Part shown: positions 26,210 to 40,631 of the stretch, in pieces | How positions within the stretch are numbered: position 1 is the stretch's first letter | Layout of the letters: every line of letters starts with the position of its first letter | Assembly (NCBI RefSeq): GCF_030028105.1 | Contig: NC_092384.1 | Span: forward strand, 3,515,665-3,579,664 | Length of the DNA stretch: 64,000 nucleotides | Source: Mobula birostris | Taxonomy: Eukaryota | Reading direction: 5' to 3' | Translations under genes and position numbers: made by a program | The notes under the pieces: model-generated | The model's input: the letters and a program-made list of their open reading frames with translations, nothing else | Databases searched by the model: none | What the model was told of the DNA's origin: nothing

Positions 26210-26860
26210 CGGGCTGTGCAGATGCTGAAAATCCATATCATCACACAAAAAGTTATGGGGGAACGCAGTAGGGCAGGCATAGGCAAATTAATAATGGATG
26301 TTTCAGGCCTAGACCTTACGTCAAGACTGGAAAGGAGGGTGATGAAGCGAGGCTAAGGAGGTTCGAGTGAGCAAAGATACTGGCTAGAAGATGAAACTAC
26401 CTGGGTGGTGAAGGAAGCATACTACAGGTGAATCAGTTCGTTTGTTCTGGATAAAATGCCAAGAAGGAGGTTACAGTGTCGGACTGATGGACAAGGGAAA
26501 TACGAATGGAGAGATTCTTGGGGTAATCGGAGATCGGAGGGTGTGGGTCAGGTAAGGAGGAGTCTTGTGGTAAGGTTCAGTACAAGATGGAGGCGGTTGC
26601 AGAGAGTAATGTGTTGGATGCAAAGCCTACAGGGGTAGTAGAGGCGTGAAAAGGAAGTCTATCTTGTTAAGATGGAGAGATGGTGGGGTGACGGCGAATG
26701 TTCGAGAAATGCAGGACCCAAGAAGGGCAGGCTCAGTTCGCTCAAAAACTATCTCCCAGTTGCACTCAAACTTATCGTCCCGCAGTGCTATGAGAGTTTG
26801 GCTATGGTCTGAACCAATTCTTTCCTTAGCATTGAGCTTGACCGGCTGAAATTTGCCACT
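26210..26860 (-). mobile_element. Old Penelope-like fragment
   Basis: Reverse-strand similarity to the 27270-28580 copy (tttgcatccaacacattactc...; tail cagatgctg inverted). Confidence 0.5.
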
Positions 26861-27269
26861 TGCCACAATATGCCTGCAGTTAATCTATTATCATTGGTTT
26901 GGCCTTGGATCATCTGAACACTAACAATACCCACGTTAGCTTGCTGTTTATTGATTACTCATTAGAATACAACAACATCATATTCTGAGTACTAGTCAAC
27001 AATTCCAACGCCTGGACCTCTGTACGTCCTTCTGCAAGTGGACTCTTCACTTACTCATCAGATCACCGCATTCAGTAGGGATCGAAAATAGTTATCACTG
27101 ACAATTAACGCTGGTATATATCAAATGTTCGTGTATAGCCCACTGTAGAATTGTCTCGTTCTGCATTTATGATCGTGAGATTAAGCACAACAATTTTTAA
27201 ATGGTGAAGGGGAGGCGTATAGGAGTGAGATAGATCAGTTTCTTCAGTGGTGTAGCATCAACAAACTTC

Positions 27270-28580
27270 CACTTAATGTCACTGAGACAAAGGATTCCTC
27301 TTCCCACCCTGTCACTTGTAAAAATGCCATCAACTTCATTGGATTCCCCCGTCTCCACCGCACCTGCTGTCAGAATGAGGCGTTTTATTCCAAGACAAAG
27401 GAGATGTCTTCCTTTATTAAAGCAAGGATATTCCCTTCCTCCACCATGAAGTCTGCCCTCAAACGCATCTTCCCATTTCACGCACATCTGCTGTCACCCT
27501 ATCCTCCCGCCACCCCAGTAGAGATAGGGTTCCACTTGTCCTCACCTACCATCCATCCAGCCTCCGTGTCCAGCATATAATCCTCCGTAACGTCCGTCAT
27601 CTCCAACGGGATCCCACCGCCAAGCACATATTTCCCTACCCCTCGCCACTTTCTACTTTCCGCAGGGATCCCTCCCTACGCGACTCCCTTGCCATTTGTA
27701 CCCCGCTATACCCCATCCCTTCCTACCGATCTCCCTCTTGCCACTTATCCTTGTAAGCAGAACAAGTGCGACCATTACACTTCCTCCCTCACCACCATTC
27801 AGGGCCCCAGACCGTCCTTCCTGATGAGGTGACACTTCACCTGTCAGTCTGCCGGTGTGATATACTGTGCCCGGTGCTCCCGGTGTGGCCCTCTATATAT
27901 TTGTGAGACCCGACGCAAATTGGGAGATCGCTTCACTAGACACCTTTGCTCTGGCCGCCAGAGGAAGCAGGATTTCCCAGTGGCCCACTCATGTTAATTC
28001 CACGTCCCATTCCAATTAGGATATGTGAATCCATCCCCTCCTCTACTGTCGAGATGAAACCACACTGAGGCTGGAGGAAGAACCTTATATTCGGTCTGGG
28101 TTGCCTCCAAACTGATGGCATGAACATTGATTTTTCTTACTTCCGTTAATGTCCCTCCTCCACTTCTAACCCCATTCCTATTTAGTTATGAATGTGTTTG
28201 TTTGTTTGTTTATTTATTTCTCTCTCTTTCCCTCTCATAATAATTCCTTTCCTGTTCTCCTTCTTCCTCTGGTGCTCCCTCCCACTTTCGTTCGTCCAAG
28301 GCCTTCCGCCCATGATATCCCCCCTTCTCCAGCCTTGTATCCCTTTTGCCAATCAACTTCCTTGCTCTTGGTTTCATCCCTCACCCTTCTGTGTTCTATT
28401 ATGATTTTGGGTCTCCCCTTTCCCCTCCCACTTTCTAATTTTTTACTATCTCTTTTTTCCGTTAGTCCTGATGCGACCCGAAACGTCAACTGTACTTCTT
28501 CCTATAGATGTTGCCTGGCCTGATGCGTTCCACTAGCATTTTGTGTGTGTTGCTTGAATTTCCAGCATCTGCAGATGTTT
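27270..28580 (+). mobile_element. Penelope-like element, RT C-terminus plus GIY-YIG endonuclease plus tail
   Basis: GVIYCARCSRCGPLYICETRRKLGDRF (27856-27933) is a degenerate GIY-YIG with the Penelope CCHH-type linker. Confidence 0.85.
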
Positions 28581-29699
28581 TCGTGTTTGTGTTATTGGGC
28601 AATCTAGCAGAGCACTGGGCCATTGGTGCAATAGCTGAAATTTGAAATCACTGTTTATAACAGTGATTATAATTGATGTTTTTGTTTCTTATTGTCACAT
28701 ATTCCGAGGTACGGGAAGATACTTGCCTGGCTGTTCTTTTTAGAGATTAATTCAATTAATTTAAATTATAATTGTGGAAGAATTTAAGACTCTTTGCATA
28801 TGTCGGTATTAATCTATTCGATTGCGAACGCTCTTAGAATTTATTAAAAAGTCCTTGCACGTCTTAGAATCTAGACCTTGCTAAAGTCTAAACAAGAATG
28901 CTATGGCACCACATTTACGTCTCTCCTGTTTGTTGAACATCTAGTCCTAAATTCAAAGTCAAGTAATATTACTGTTAAGTGTTTTTAATCACGTACGCTG
29001 TGCCTATATAATAAAGCGGGTCTGCAAGATCAGCACTGCTCCGAAGCACAGCTCTTAGCTGGAAGAAGGCTGTACGTGATATCATGCAATAAAGTCCTCT
29101 AGTCTGAAACAGCTCTCTGAGTCGGCCTGATCTATTTTGTCTGCTGCACGTGAGATTTTTTTTTTTCCCGTAACAATGATAGTTAAATATACTTGAATGT
29201 AGCAAATGTAAGCTCATTAATGGTAAAGACAAAACTGTCCGCTTTTCAGAAAAGAAAACCTGCCTATACGTATCTCCACCCCAGAAAGCTTTTAAGTTCT
29301 TCTACAGTTCAGAAGCATTTATGGTTAAACAATTAATACATTCTCCATGACGTGAACCACTCGTGAACAAATTACAATGAATATTCAAACAGATTGGAAA
29401 TAGCCTTCAATTTACTTTGCATCCTTTTCTATGAAATAAATGATATTTCTTCAACGGTGATGCCAGCTTTTTTTTTTATTAACAGGTGGTCGCCACAAAG
29501 TGGTGGGATTCGCACCTAAATTAACTTCAAAATATTAAGAGGGATGAACTGTGGCGTTTCTGCGCGACAATAGACATGAAATCAGCATTTTTTTAATCCC
29601 CCAATGGACAATGAAAGCCAAATCAGTAGTTTCTGCAAGATGGAAAATATAATTTCCTAGCACATACCAAATGTTAGACGAACTCAACAATCGATGCAT

Positions 29700-32620
29700 A
29701 AGACGATAAGACATAGCAAAAGAATTAGGATATTTGGCCCGTCGAGGCTGCTCCAACATATCAACATGGCTGATCCACTTTTCCTCTCAGTCCCAATTAC
29801 CTGACTCTTCCTGTTTCCATTCATCCCTTGACCAACCAAAGGCTATCAACCTCTGCCTTAAATTTAGGTAAACATTTGGCCTTCAGCACCGCTAGTGTCA
29901 CCGAATTCCATAGGTTCACTACTCTTTGGGTGAAGAAATTCCTGCTCATATCTGTTCTATAAAGACCCTGTGACCTCTGGTCTTCGGCTCTCCTACCATC
30001 TGAAGCATGCTGTCTATATCCATTCGATCAAGGCCTTTCAATAATCGCTCTGTTGAAACAAATTGTAGTGAATACAGGCCCAGAGCCATCAACTGCTGTT
30101 CATACGACAAGCCGTTCAATTCTGCAATCATTGCGGTGAACTTCCTTTGAACCCTTCCAGTGCTCGCACATTCTTTCTATCATAACGGGCCCAATCAATC
30201 TCGTAATGCTCCAACAGAGGCCCCGCCGGTACTATATAAAGTCGCAAAATTACATTCTTGTTTTTTTTTATTTTTTTTTTATTATTCCCTCTTCTTGGGA
30301 TGAATCCCAACCTTGAAATTGCCTTCCTCACCTCAGAGTCAACCTGCAAGGTACACATTTAGAGAATTCTGCACAGGGACTCCCAAGTTGCTCTATCTCT
30401 GTTTTTTTTTATCTACTCTCTATTTAGAAAACAGTCATTCTTTTCTTTCTTCTAAACCAAGTGCATGACTGTACATTTTCCCGACACTGTATACCATCTT
30501 CCCCTTTTTTGCCCATTCTCCTAATATGTTTACGTCCTTCTGTATCCCCTCCACTTCCTTAAAACAACCTGCCCTTATGCGTATCTTCATATTGTCCGCA
30601 AAATTGAAACAAAGCCATCAATTCTGTCATCCAAATCATTGACAGATAACGTACAAAAGTAGCCCCAACGGAGACCGCTGTGAAACACCAGTAGTCAACT
30701 GTAGTTAACCAGAAATGTCTCCCCTTATTCCCACTCTTTTTCTCCTGCCAATTAACCACTACTTTATCCATGCTGGTATATTTCCTCTATTAACATTGGC
30801 TCTTAAATTGTTCAGCAGCCTCATGTGTTCTGTTTGTCAAAGCCATTCTAAAAATCAAGTACACAGCATCGACCGAGTCTTCTTTCTCTATCCAACGTGT
30901 TATTTCTTCAAAAGAATCCTAACAGATTTGTCAGAGAAGTGTTTCCCTGGAGGAAACCATGCTAACTACCGCCTACTTGATCATACAGTGACTCTATTTT
31001 ACAACTTATGCAACTGAAGAATCTTATAATATCCTCTTTAATATTATTAGCTTGCTTACCTCTCAGTAGCCCCCTACTGCTTTTAAGAAGTTTCCCAATC
31101 TTCGTAATTACCCGGTGATTATTACTTTATTGTATATCCTCCATTTGGATTTTATATCTTTGACTTCTCTTGTTCGTCGCAGTTCTGTCATTTCACCTTC
31201 AGAATGATTCTTCCATTTGGGAATGTATATATCCTATACAGTTCAATTTGCTTCCAGAAATTCCACCTTTACTGCTCAGCCGTCATTCCTGCCAGTTTTC
31301 TTTTCCAATGATTTTGACCAACTGCTCACTCATGCCTCAGTCATTGCCTTGCAATGCATCTGATTTTAGCTTAGCTTTCAGCGTGAATTCTGGTATACTA
31401 TGACAGCTGTCCAAGAGGAGTACTTTTAAATTAAACTCTCTAATTATTCCAATTAACTGCACAACACCCTTCCCAGAGGAGCTAATTCTCTAGCTAGTTG
31501 CTCTAAAATGCCACCTCGTAGGTTTTCTAGAAATTTCCTTTCCTGGATTCCAGCACTACCTTATTTTCCCGGTTTACCTGCATATTGAAATCCTCCATGT
31601 CTCTTGCAACATTTAACTTTTGGCATTTTCTGTCTCCCGTTGTGACTTGTAGACCACATCCTTACTACTTCCGAACAACTCTAGCAAACCTACCTGCAAG
31701 GATCATGGAACCCCTCGGTTTCATTTGTAACCTGTCCCTTTACCCCAGAAGATATTCCAGTGACCATAGGTCTGAACCCATATTCCCTGTACCAGTTGCT
31801 CAGCCACAGATTTTACCTGCCAAATCGTCCTATTTTTATTCTCGCTTGCACCTGGCACAGGCAGCAATTCAGAGATCACTATCTGGAAGGTCCTGTTTTC
31901 GGCGTTCTACCCAATTTCCTAAATTCGCTGTTCCAGACCTCCTGACTTTGTCACCTATCTCATTGGTACCAATATGCACCAAGACATCTGGCTCCGCACA
32001 GTCGTCCTTGAGAATGCCATGGGCCCAATCTGACACATCCGTCATCCTGGCACTGGAGAGGCAACTAGCTGTCCGGGTGTCTCTATCACACCCACAGAAT
32101 TTCCTTTCTGCCTCTCTGACTGTGGAATCCCCTATCAGTCCTGTTCACCTCTCTGTTCTTCCGAGCTAAAACAGCAGAGTTAGTGCCAGAGACCCGGTCA
32201 CTGTGGCTCACCCCTCGTAGTTTTTTGCCTTTAACGGTATCTGAGTATGTATGCTTATTATTGAGGGAAACGGCCGCAGGCTTACTATGCACTGGCTGTT
32301 CATTTCTCTTCATTCTATTAATAGTTATCTAAATACCTGTCTCCTGCGACCTAGGGTGACTTCCTCCATGTAGCTCCTATCTATTAGTTCCTCATTCTTC
32401 AGTGTGAGTCGCACGTCACAGAGCTGCAGTTCCAGTTCCTTAATACGTTTTCTCAGCAACTCCGTGCACCTGGTGCCGCTGTGTTCATCCGGGAGACTGT
32501 GGGCATTCAAGACTTCTTCCCTCGCACACACAGTACAAAACACTGCCCCTGGAGCCCTTCTCATTGCACTACAATGTCCTAACATGCGAGGAATGAAGAA
32601 ATAAAAAGGAAGAAAATATG
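29700..32620 (-). mobile_element. Degenerate CR1 LINE (RT, EN and ORF1 remnants)
   Basis: Reverse-strand LYSLQF/LKGLDRMD 3' motifs, ADNM/KFAD-like region, ORF1 start CTRCTELLRKRIKELELQL at 32400-32520. Confidence 0.75.
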
Positions 32621-32950
32621 ATGAAGGGCATTGATCGTGAACAGCCAAATATATTTTCCCAGAGCTGAAATGGCTAACATGATGAGGCATAGTTTTAAGG
32701 TGCTTGGAAATTGGTACCATGGGGATGCCCAGGGTATTTTTTTTTTCACACAGAGAGTGGTGGATGCGTGGAATGCTCTGTCGGCCACGGTGATCGACGC
32801 GAATACAATAGGGCAATTTAACAGCCTTTTAAATAGGTGCATGAAGCTTAGAAAGATAGATGGCTAAGCGCCAGGCAGTTTCTAGAGTAGGTGATATTGT
32901 CGGCAAAACATTGTGGGCCGAAAGACGTGGAATATGCTGTGAATTTCTAT
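32600..32950 (+). mobile_element. CR1 3' fragment
   Basis: RHSFKVLG...FFFTQRVVDAWNAL. Confidence 0.8.
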
Positions 32951-33894
32951 ATTCTCCATTTCTAAACTCACCAGGTACTTTCGCTTGCCCAAGACTGATG
33001 AAGCAATGCCTCTTTAAACACTGGCGCACTGAAAATAATGTCTACGCCGCTTGCACTTGCCTCGTTTCTATTCGCTCTTGCTCATGATATCCATGGGAAC
33101 ATTTAAAAATGCTGGCGAAATTGACAGGTGGAGGGTGTGAAATGTGGTCAAATTCGGAAAGATTATACAGTCTCCCGCAAAACTAGATCTTTTATATTAT
33201 TTTCTACAGCATATGCACACAGCGAGTGAACAAAACATTGTCGATCAGTTATTTTATTTACTTTGCCTTGAGAAACAGAAGAATACGTGGAACATTTGTT
33301 GATGACATGGGCGTAACGGTGGCCAATAGAGTAAGCTAGACGAGCCGAATGACTCGGTTCTGTGCAACAAAGTGTTCACAGTGTAACGTAAGGAGCGTAG
33401 AACATGGGATATAACGACCCAGTAGATATAATTTACATAAACTTCTGTAATACTTTTACAAGATTTCAAATTGTACTCAGTTCCGTTAGGGAGAATAAAG
33501 CACGAAGAAAAACAGTGTTAGCAAGCTGGATCTTAAATTGTTTTCTCGATCGGAACACAGACTTTGATACCGGATGTTTTTTTTCGGGATGTTTGTTTTT
33601 GACAAGTTGGGATTGCAACATTGATACCTAATTATATAATTGTTGGAGATGTAGATAGCGAATAAGTGTTTCCATTGATATTGCTGACCATAAATGGAAA
33701 TTCAACCATAAATTTCTGACGTCTACATTTTGAGTTTATTCCTATTGTATGAAAAGTAGAGTAAATGAAAGGACCTTTGGAAGTCTGATCTTGTGTTGCA
33801 AATCTATACCTCGCTAGAACATGTTGAAAGTCTAGGACAGGGTAGTGAAGAAGGCACTTGGTAGGTTTGGCTCATAGGACATGGTAGTGAGATA

Positions 33895-34740
33895 AGACAA
33901 TAAGACCATAAGATATAGGAGCAGAAGTGGGCCATTAGGCTCATCCAGTTTGCTTCGCTATTAAATCATAGACTGATGAATTCCTTCCAGTCATCCGCAT
34001 TCCCCTGTTTTCACCCCATACCCGTTGATGGTTTGGCTAATGAAAACTCTATCTATCTTTGCCTTAAATATGCCCAATGACTTGGCCTCCACAGCCGATC
34101 GTGGCGAAAAATTCCATATTTGCCACCTTCTGACTAAAGTAATTTCTCCGCAGCTCAGTTCTAAAAGGATGTCCTTCAATCTTGCCCTAGAGTCCTCTAC
34201 CATAGGAAATAAGTTTGCCATATCTAATCTTTTCAGGCCTTTTAAGATTTGTAATGTTTCTATGAGATGCCCCCTCAGTTTCCCGAACTCCAGGGAATAC
34301 AGCCCAAGAGCTGCCAGACGTTCCGCATACGGTAAACCTTTCATTCCTGGGATCAATTTCGAAAATATTCTCTGAATACTTCCCAATGTCAGCATATCCT
34401 TTCTAAAATAAGGAGCCCACAAACTGCACACAATACTCCAAGTGCGGTCTCACGAGAGCCTTATAGAGCCAAACATCACATCCCTGCTCTTTTATTCAAT
34501 ACCTCGACATATCAATGTCAACGGTGCATTTGCCTTTTCACAACCGACTCGACCTGGAGGTTAACCTTTAGGATATCTTGCACAATGACTCCCAGGTCGC
34601 TTTGCATCTCTACATTTCGAATTCTTTCTCCGTTTTAATAATATTCTGCTCGTTTATTTATTTCACCAAGCTGCATAGCCATACAGTATCCAACATTGTA
34701 TTTCATTTGCCACTTCTTTGCCTATCCCCCTAAACTATCA
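33895..34740 (-). mobile_element. CR1 3' portion
   Basis: WAPYFRKDMLTLGSIQRIFSKLIPGMKGLPYAERL. Confidence 0.88.
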
Positions 34741-34741
34741 A

Positions 34742-35260
34742 AATGGAGAGAGTACAGAAAGATGCCAACAACATAAAGAGAGTACAGAAAGATGTCAGCA
34801 AAATAGAGATGGTACAGAAAAGATTTACTAGAATTTTACCTGGGTTTCATCACCTAAGTTACAGAGAAAGGTTGAACAAGTTCGGTCTTTATTCTTTGGA
34901 ACGTAGAAAGTTGGGGGGTGGAGACTTGATAGAGGTGTTTAAAATTATAAATGGAATAGATAGAGTTGACGTGGATAGGCTTTTTCCATTGTGAGTGGGG
35001 GAGATTCAAACAAGAGGACATAATTGTAGAGTTACGGGGCAAAAGTTAGGGGTAAAATGAGGGAGAGTTCTTTACCCAGAGAGTGGTAGCTGTGTTCAAC
35101 GAGCTTCCAGCTGAAGTGGCTCAGGTAGGTTTGAAGTTGTCGTTTAAAGTTAAATTGGACAGCTATATGGACAGGAAAGGAATTGAGGGTTCTGGGCTGA
35201 GTGCAGGTCGGCGGGAATAGGTGACAGTATGAGTTCTGCACGGACTAGAGGGGTCGAGAT
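34742..35260 (+). mobile_element. CR1 3' portion with triplicated MERVQK unit at its 5' end
   Basis: EMVQKRFTRILPGF...YSLERRKLGGGDLIEVFK; three tandem copies of an agagagtacagaaagatg-type unit at 34745-34825. Confidence 0.85.
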
Positions 35261-35269
35261 AGATATCTA

Positions 35270-36920
35270 AGTCTCTCTGCAGCTCTCTGTTTCTTCAACA
35301 CTACCCTCCCCTCCACCTATCTTTGTTTCATCGGCAAATTTAGCAACAAATTCATTAATACCGTTTTCTAAATCATTGGCATACATCTTAAAAAGCTGCT
35401 GTCCCAATACCGACCAGTGTGGAACTCCACTGGTAACTGGCTGCCAGCCAGAATAGGATCTATTTATTCCAACTCTCTGTTTTCCGCCGGCCAGCCAATC
35501 CCCCCGCCCCCCGCTTTTAAGTTCCCTGTAATTCCATGGGATCTTATCTTGCTAAACAGCCTCATGTGTGGCACCTTGTCAAAGGCCTTCTGAATATCCA
35601 ATTACACCATGCCTGCTGCATCTCCTTTGTCTACCCTGCTTGTATTTACTCAAACGAGTACATTTGGTTTGTGAGGCAGAATTTTCCTTTCAGGAAACCA
35701 TGCTGGCTCTGGCATATCTTGTCATGTGCCTCCAAATGCTGTGTAATCTCATCCCTACCAATCGATTCTAATAACTTCCCAACCACTGATGCCAGGCTAA
35801 CAGGTCTGTAGTTTTCTTTCTGCTACCTCCCACCCTTCTTAAATAGCTGAGTAACATTTGCAAATTTCCAGTCATTCTGTACAATACCAGAATCTATCAA
35901 TTCTTCAAAGATCATTGTTAGTGCCTCTGCAAACGCTTCAGCTACTTCTGTCAGAACCCGAGGGTGCACTCTATCAGGGTCAGGAGATTTATTCACCCAC
36001 AGACCATTAAGCTTCCTGAGCACATTCTCATTCGTAATTTTCTCTCCACAAACGTAACTTCTCTGACACTCTTGAATGTGCGATATACGGCAGACGTCTT
36101 CCACTGTGAAGACTGATGCAAAATACGCTTTGTAGTTCTTCTGCCATCTCTGCATCTTTCATTACAATATACCCAGCATCATCTTCTACTGGTCCTATAT
36201 CTACCCTCGACTCTTTTTTATCCTTTATATACTGTACCTAAAAATGCTTTTCGTATCTTCTTTGATATTAGTCGTCAGCTTCCGCTCATAATTCATCTTT
36301 TCCTTCTTAATGACCTTATTACTTTACTTGTGCAAGTTCTTAAAAGCTCCCCAATCCTCTATATTCCCACAAGCGCTGGGTTCGTTTTATACCTTCTCTT
36401 TTGCTTTTACTTTGGCTCTGACTTCACTTGACAGCCACGGTAGTGTTCTCCTTCCCTTGAAAATTTCTTGTTTGGAATGTATATGTTTTGCATTTCCCTC
36501 ATTTTCCTCAGATACTCCAACCATTGCTGCTCTGCTACCGTTCCTGCAATTGTTCCTTTCCAATCGACTTCGGCCAGATCCACTCTCATGCCATTGTAAT
36601 TTCCTTTAGTCCACTGCAATACTGACACATTGGATTTTATTCTTCCCTTCAGTTTTCAATGTGAACTCCATCATATTGTGATCACTTGCCCCTCAGGGTT
36701 CCTTAACCATAAGCTCTCTTATCAGCTCCGTAGCATTGCACAGCACCCAATTCAGCGCAGCCGATCACCTAGTGGGCTCACCGGCAAGCTGTTCTAAAAA
36801 GCCAGTACTGACCTGGTTTCCCAAACCACTTTCATTTTAAACTCCCCAACGATTATCAGGACAATGCCTTTCAGACACGTCTTTTCCACCTCCTGCTGTA
36901 GTTTGTAATCCTCATCCCGA
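35270..36920 (-). mobile_element. CR1 LINE EN-RT segment
   Basis: KSPDPDRVHPRVLTE, DWKFANVTQLFKKGGR, WTKGNYNGMR motifs. Confidence 0.85.
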
Positions 36921-36974
36921 CCATAAGACATAGGAGCAGAATTGGACCACAAATCGCCCAAGACATGAAATGGA

Positions 36975-37598
36975 CACCCAACGCGGACACTCTTATCAAA
37001 AAGGCTCAGTAAAGGTTGTATTTCCTACGTCATCTCCGGAAGTACAGCCTGATTCAGGAGCTACTTATTCAATTCTATTCAGGAATAATCCAGTCTGTTC
37101 TCTGTTCGTCCATCACTGTCTGGTTTGTATCAGCTAACTCACAGGACACGAATAGACTCTAAATACCCGTCAGGGCTGCGGAAAGAATTGTTGGTGTGAA
37201 GCTGCCTCGATCCAGGACTTATAAGCATCTAGAGTCAGGAAGCGAGCAAGCAGCATCATTGTAGACCAATCACACCCTGGACATCACCTGTCCCAACTCC
37301 TTCCTTCTGTAGGCGCCTTAGATCACTGTATGCCAGGACAAATAGGTACAAGAACAGTTTCTTTCCCTATGCCATCAGTCTAATGAACACTTGAATTTTG
37401 GTCCATTATAAACCATGTCCACTGTACATACACAGGTATACCTTATTGTATATAGTTCACGATTATTTGCACTATTGTTTTGTTTGCTTTTTGATGCTGT
37501 ACAGCGAGAGCTCGGGGAAACCGGCATCAAACTCCCTGTATGTGTCCACATAGTTGGCGATAATAAAGGATTCTGATTCTGATTCTGATTCTGATTCT
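36975..37598 (+). mobile_element. Rex1-like LINE 3' end with (ATTCTG)n tail
   Basis: KKAQ.RLYFLRHLRKY...; aataaagg followed by attctg repeats at 37570-37598. Confidence 0.8.
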
Positions 37599-38684
37599 AA
37601 AGCCCATCGAGTCTGTTGTCCCATTACAGCATAGCTGATCCCGGATCACACTCATCCCCAACCATCTGCACTTCCTTCATGTCCATTGCTACCCTGACTG
37701 ATCAGCAAACGATAAAATTCCGCCTTAAATGTTTGCAGGAACTTGGCCTTCACCCCAGTCTGTGGCACAGCATTCCACAGATATTTACTCTCTGGGAAAA
37801 AAAAATCCTCCTTACCTCTGTTCTAAAGGGTCGTACCTCACCTTTGAGTTATGCCCTCTAGTTCCGGGTAACCCCACCATAGGAAACAGCCTCTTGACAT
37901 TACCATGCATTCGGTAGGTTGACATGAGATCACCCATCTACCACCCCCCCACCCCAAACACACACACAAACACACATTCTTCTAAATTCCAGTGAGTACA
38001 GGCCCAAAGCTGCCAAACGCTCCTGATATGTCAACCCCTTTATTCTCGTGAACCCCCCTAAACTATCTCCAATTACAGCACTTGCTTTCGGAGATATTGG
38101 GACCAAAACTATTGATAATTTTCCAAGTGCGATCTGACTTGTCTCATAAAGGCTCAGTATTATCTCCTTGTTGTTTTATTCTACACTCTTGAAAAAAAAA
38201 TGGCAACATTACATTTGTCTTCTGTACTACAGACTCACCTGGGATTCTTGAACGAGTATTCCGAAATCTCCTTGCACCTCTGATGTTTCAACCGTCTCCC
38301 TATTTAGATTATTTTCCGCAGTATTGTTCCTTTTACCAAAATGCGTTATCATACATTTCCCAAATACTGTACTGTTTTGCCCATTCTCTCAATTTGTCTC
38401 AGTCCTGCTGCAATCGTATTTCTTCCTCAACACTACCTATCTCTCCGGCTGACTTTGTGACAACGTTATTTTGCGGCTGGGCAAAAGATATACTAATGTA
38501 TTCTAAAGATTTCCGTTCTCCGCATGATGTGGAAGGGTGGTGAGGTAGCAGAAGAGAATCACAGATGTTGTCTGAAATCTTAAAATATAGTTGTAAGGAG
38601 CAATTGGATAGGTTGGGAATGCGATGTTGAGGATGACCTTGTGGAAGTTTATTTCTGTATAAGAGGCACATGTAAGGCAGATAG

Positions 38685-40213
38685 TGTCATGGTCCTGTGC
38701 GTGAAATCCGGATTCCGGTTCACTGTCCGGTCCATCGTCCCTTATTCCAGGTTTTCTGGTTTTCCCTTTTTTTTCTGTTGGGTGGTCTAATTGAGGCAGC
38801 CGATTCACATTTTCGACTGGCTACATAAATAGCTCTTTTTTCAGCTTCAGTTGCTGGATTGTTCCCGTCCAAACGCCCTATCTGAATCCCTTCTCTGCCC
38901 CTTCCTCCTGAAGCCTTGCCCGACAACCAATGTCTAAAGCCTTGCCTGCAACCTGTGTCTATAGCCTTGCCTTGCCTCGCCTGAGGCCTTGTCTGCCGTG
39001 AAGTCTTGCCTCCGCTGAAGCCTCACCTCGCCTGCAACCATTGTCTCCCCTGAAACCTCGCCTGCACCACTGTCAAGTTCAACAGTCGGAGCAAGATCGG
39101 AGCCTTTATGTGTCTGAATAAGAAACTATCTGTCATTGTTTGGAACTGCTCCTCTGTGTTCACGCCTTCTATAGGTACTTCCGGCCGTTTGCCATAGGCT
39201 AGTATTGAAAACTGTCTTTGTATCCACGCCTTCGCTAGGTAGGTCCGGCCATTTGCCGCTATCTAGTGTTGGTAACTGCCTCTCTGTGCTCTGTATACGA
39301 GTCCCGGCTCGAAGTCCTGCTTCCTATGAAGGGTCCTGACTCTGTGTAGAGCCCCGGCCCCAGGTCCTGTTCCCAAGGAGGGGTCACGACTCTGTGTTCC
39401 ATGTCTCTGTGTTCCTGTCCTCTCAAGTCCAAGGCTCTGTATCCCTGTCCTCCCTCGAACAAGGTTCTGCGTTCCTGTCTCCCAAGCCCAAGACTCTGTG
39501 GTTTGTCTTTATGACTCCCTTCAACCAGGGATCTGCGTTCCTGTATTCCCCGACCAAGTCAAGGCTTCGTGTTCTCGTCCTGTCCATGTGCCTCGTCCTG
39601 TCCGTGTGTGTCGTCCAGTGCTGGAGTTCCCTCGTCCTGTATTGGACTTCCCTTGTCTTGCCCAGGAGTCTCTCGTTCTGTCCTGTAGCCGCGCCTAGTT
39701 CTGTCTCCCAAGACGACGTCAGTTCTTCGCCTAGTTTCGGATTCCGAGCTGGAGTTAAGACCCAAGTTCTATGTCCTTGTCCAGGCTCTCGCTCGGAGTC
39801 CAAACCCAATCTCGTCATGTCCTCGCCTCGAGGAACACAAGCCCCGTCCTGTCCTCGCCTCGAGGAACCCAACCCACGAAGAACACAATCCTCGAGGATC
39901 CCAAGCCATGTCCGGTCCTGTAGGCACGTCATGTCTTCGCCTAGTTCCGGCGTCCGAGCCCGAGACAAGACCTAGATTCTGGGTCCTTGTCCAGTCTCTG
40001 CCTCGGAGTACAAGCCCAGGCTCCTAGTTCCTAGTTCCCAGTCCTGGTCCTCTTTGCCTAGCCAAAGTTTGTGTTCTTGTCTCAACTCCTAGTCTGCATC
40101 CAGTTCCGTCTCTTGCTGGGTTAAGAGGTCTGTTCTCTAGTCCTGTCCTGCTCCTGCTACTTCAGTGTCTGTGTATGGCATTTGGGTCTGCCTTCAACGC
40201 TCCCGTTGTGACA
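38685..40213 (+). mobile_element. Solo-LTR-like element inserted into a CR1 3' remnant
   Basis: TGTCATGG...TGTGACA termini, flanks GATAG/GATAC, CR1 sequence continues on both sides; same family as 23532-25108. Confidence 0.72.
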
Positions 40214-40631
40214 GATACACAGTGTAATTTTACCACGGCAGGGGACTCTAGAACTTCAGAACAACTGTTCAAAATTAGAGGGCGGAATTTAAAACAAGAG
40301 CGCGTATGTAAGTCATAGGGTGTAGTTTATTTGGAATGAGCTGCCCGGAAGGTAATGGAGGCAGCTACAACCAACGGTTAAAATGTATTTGAACTGGTGA
40401 TTATATTGTAAAGTGTCATGTGATGCGGGCCCAATGCTGCTGATAGGGATTTCGTTTCTATACACTTGCTGTGCTGAACACGATTTCCTATTCAGTGGTC
40501 CATTAATCGTAGCTTTTTTGTTTTGTTGGAATTGGTGATTTCTCATTAAAGTCCTTTGCTTACTCCACAGTTGTTACGAAACAGTAACAGCCCCTCGACA
40601 CCACGATAACCAGTAACGTGTAATACAATTA

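Noticed and set aside
39394-39975. Long ORFs on both strands (also 23723-24244 and 24475-24909) as novel proteins
   Set aside because: Low-complexity products of GC-rich LTR tandem repeats; no domain signal.
9253-40631. A third Ig receptor gene between A and B
   Set aside because: No V, C1 or TM-like exon found by eye in the non-repeat islands; the N-gap of uncertain true size means it cannot be fully excluded.
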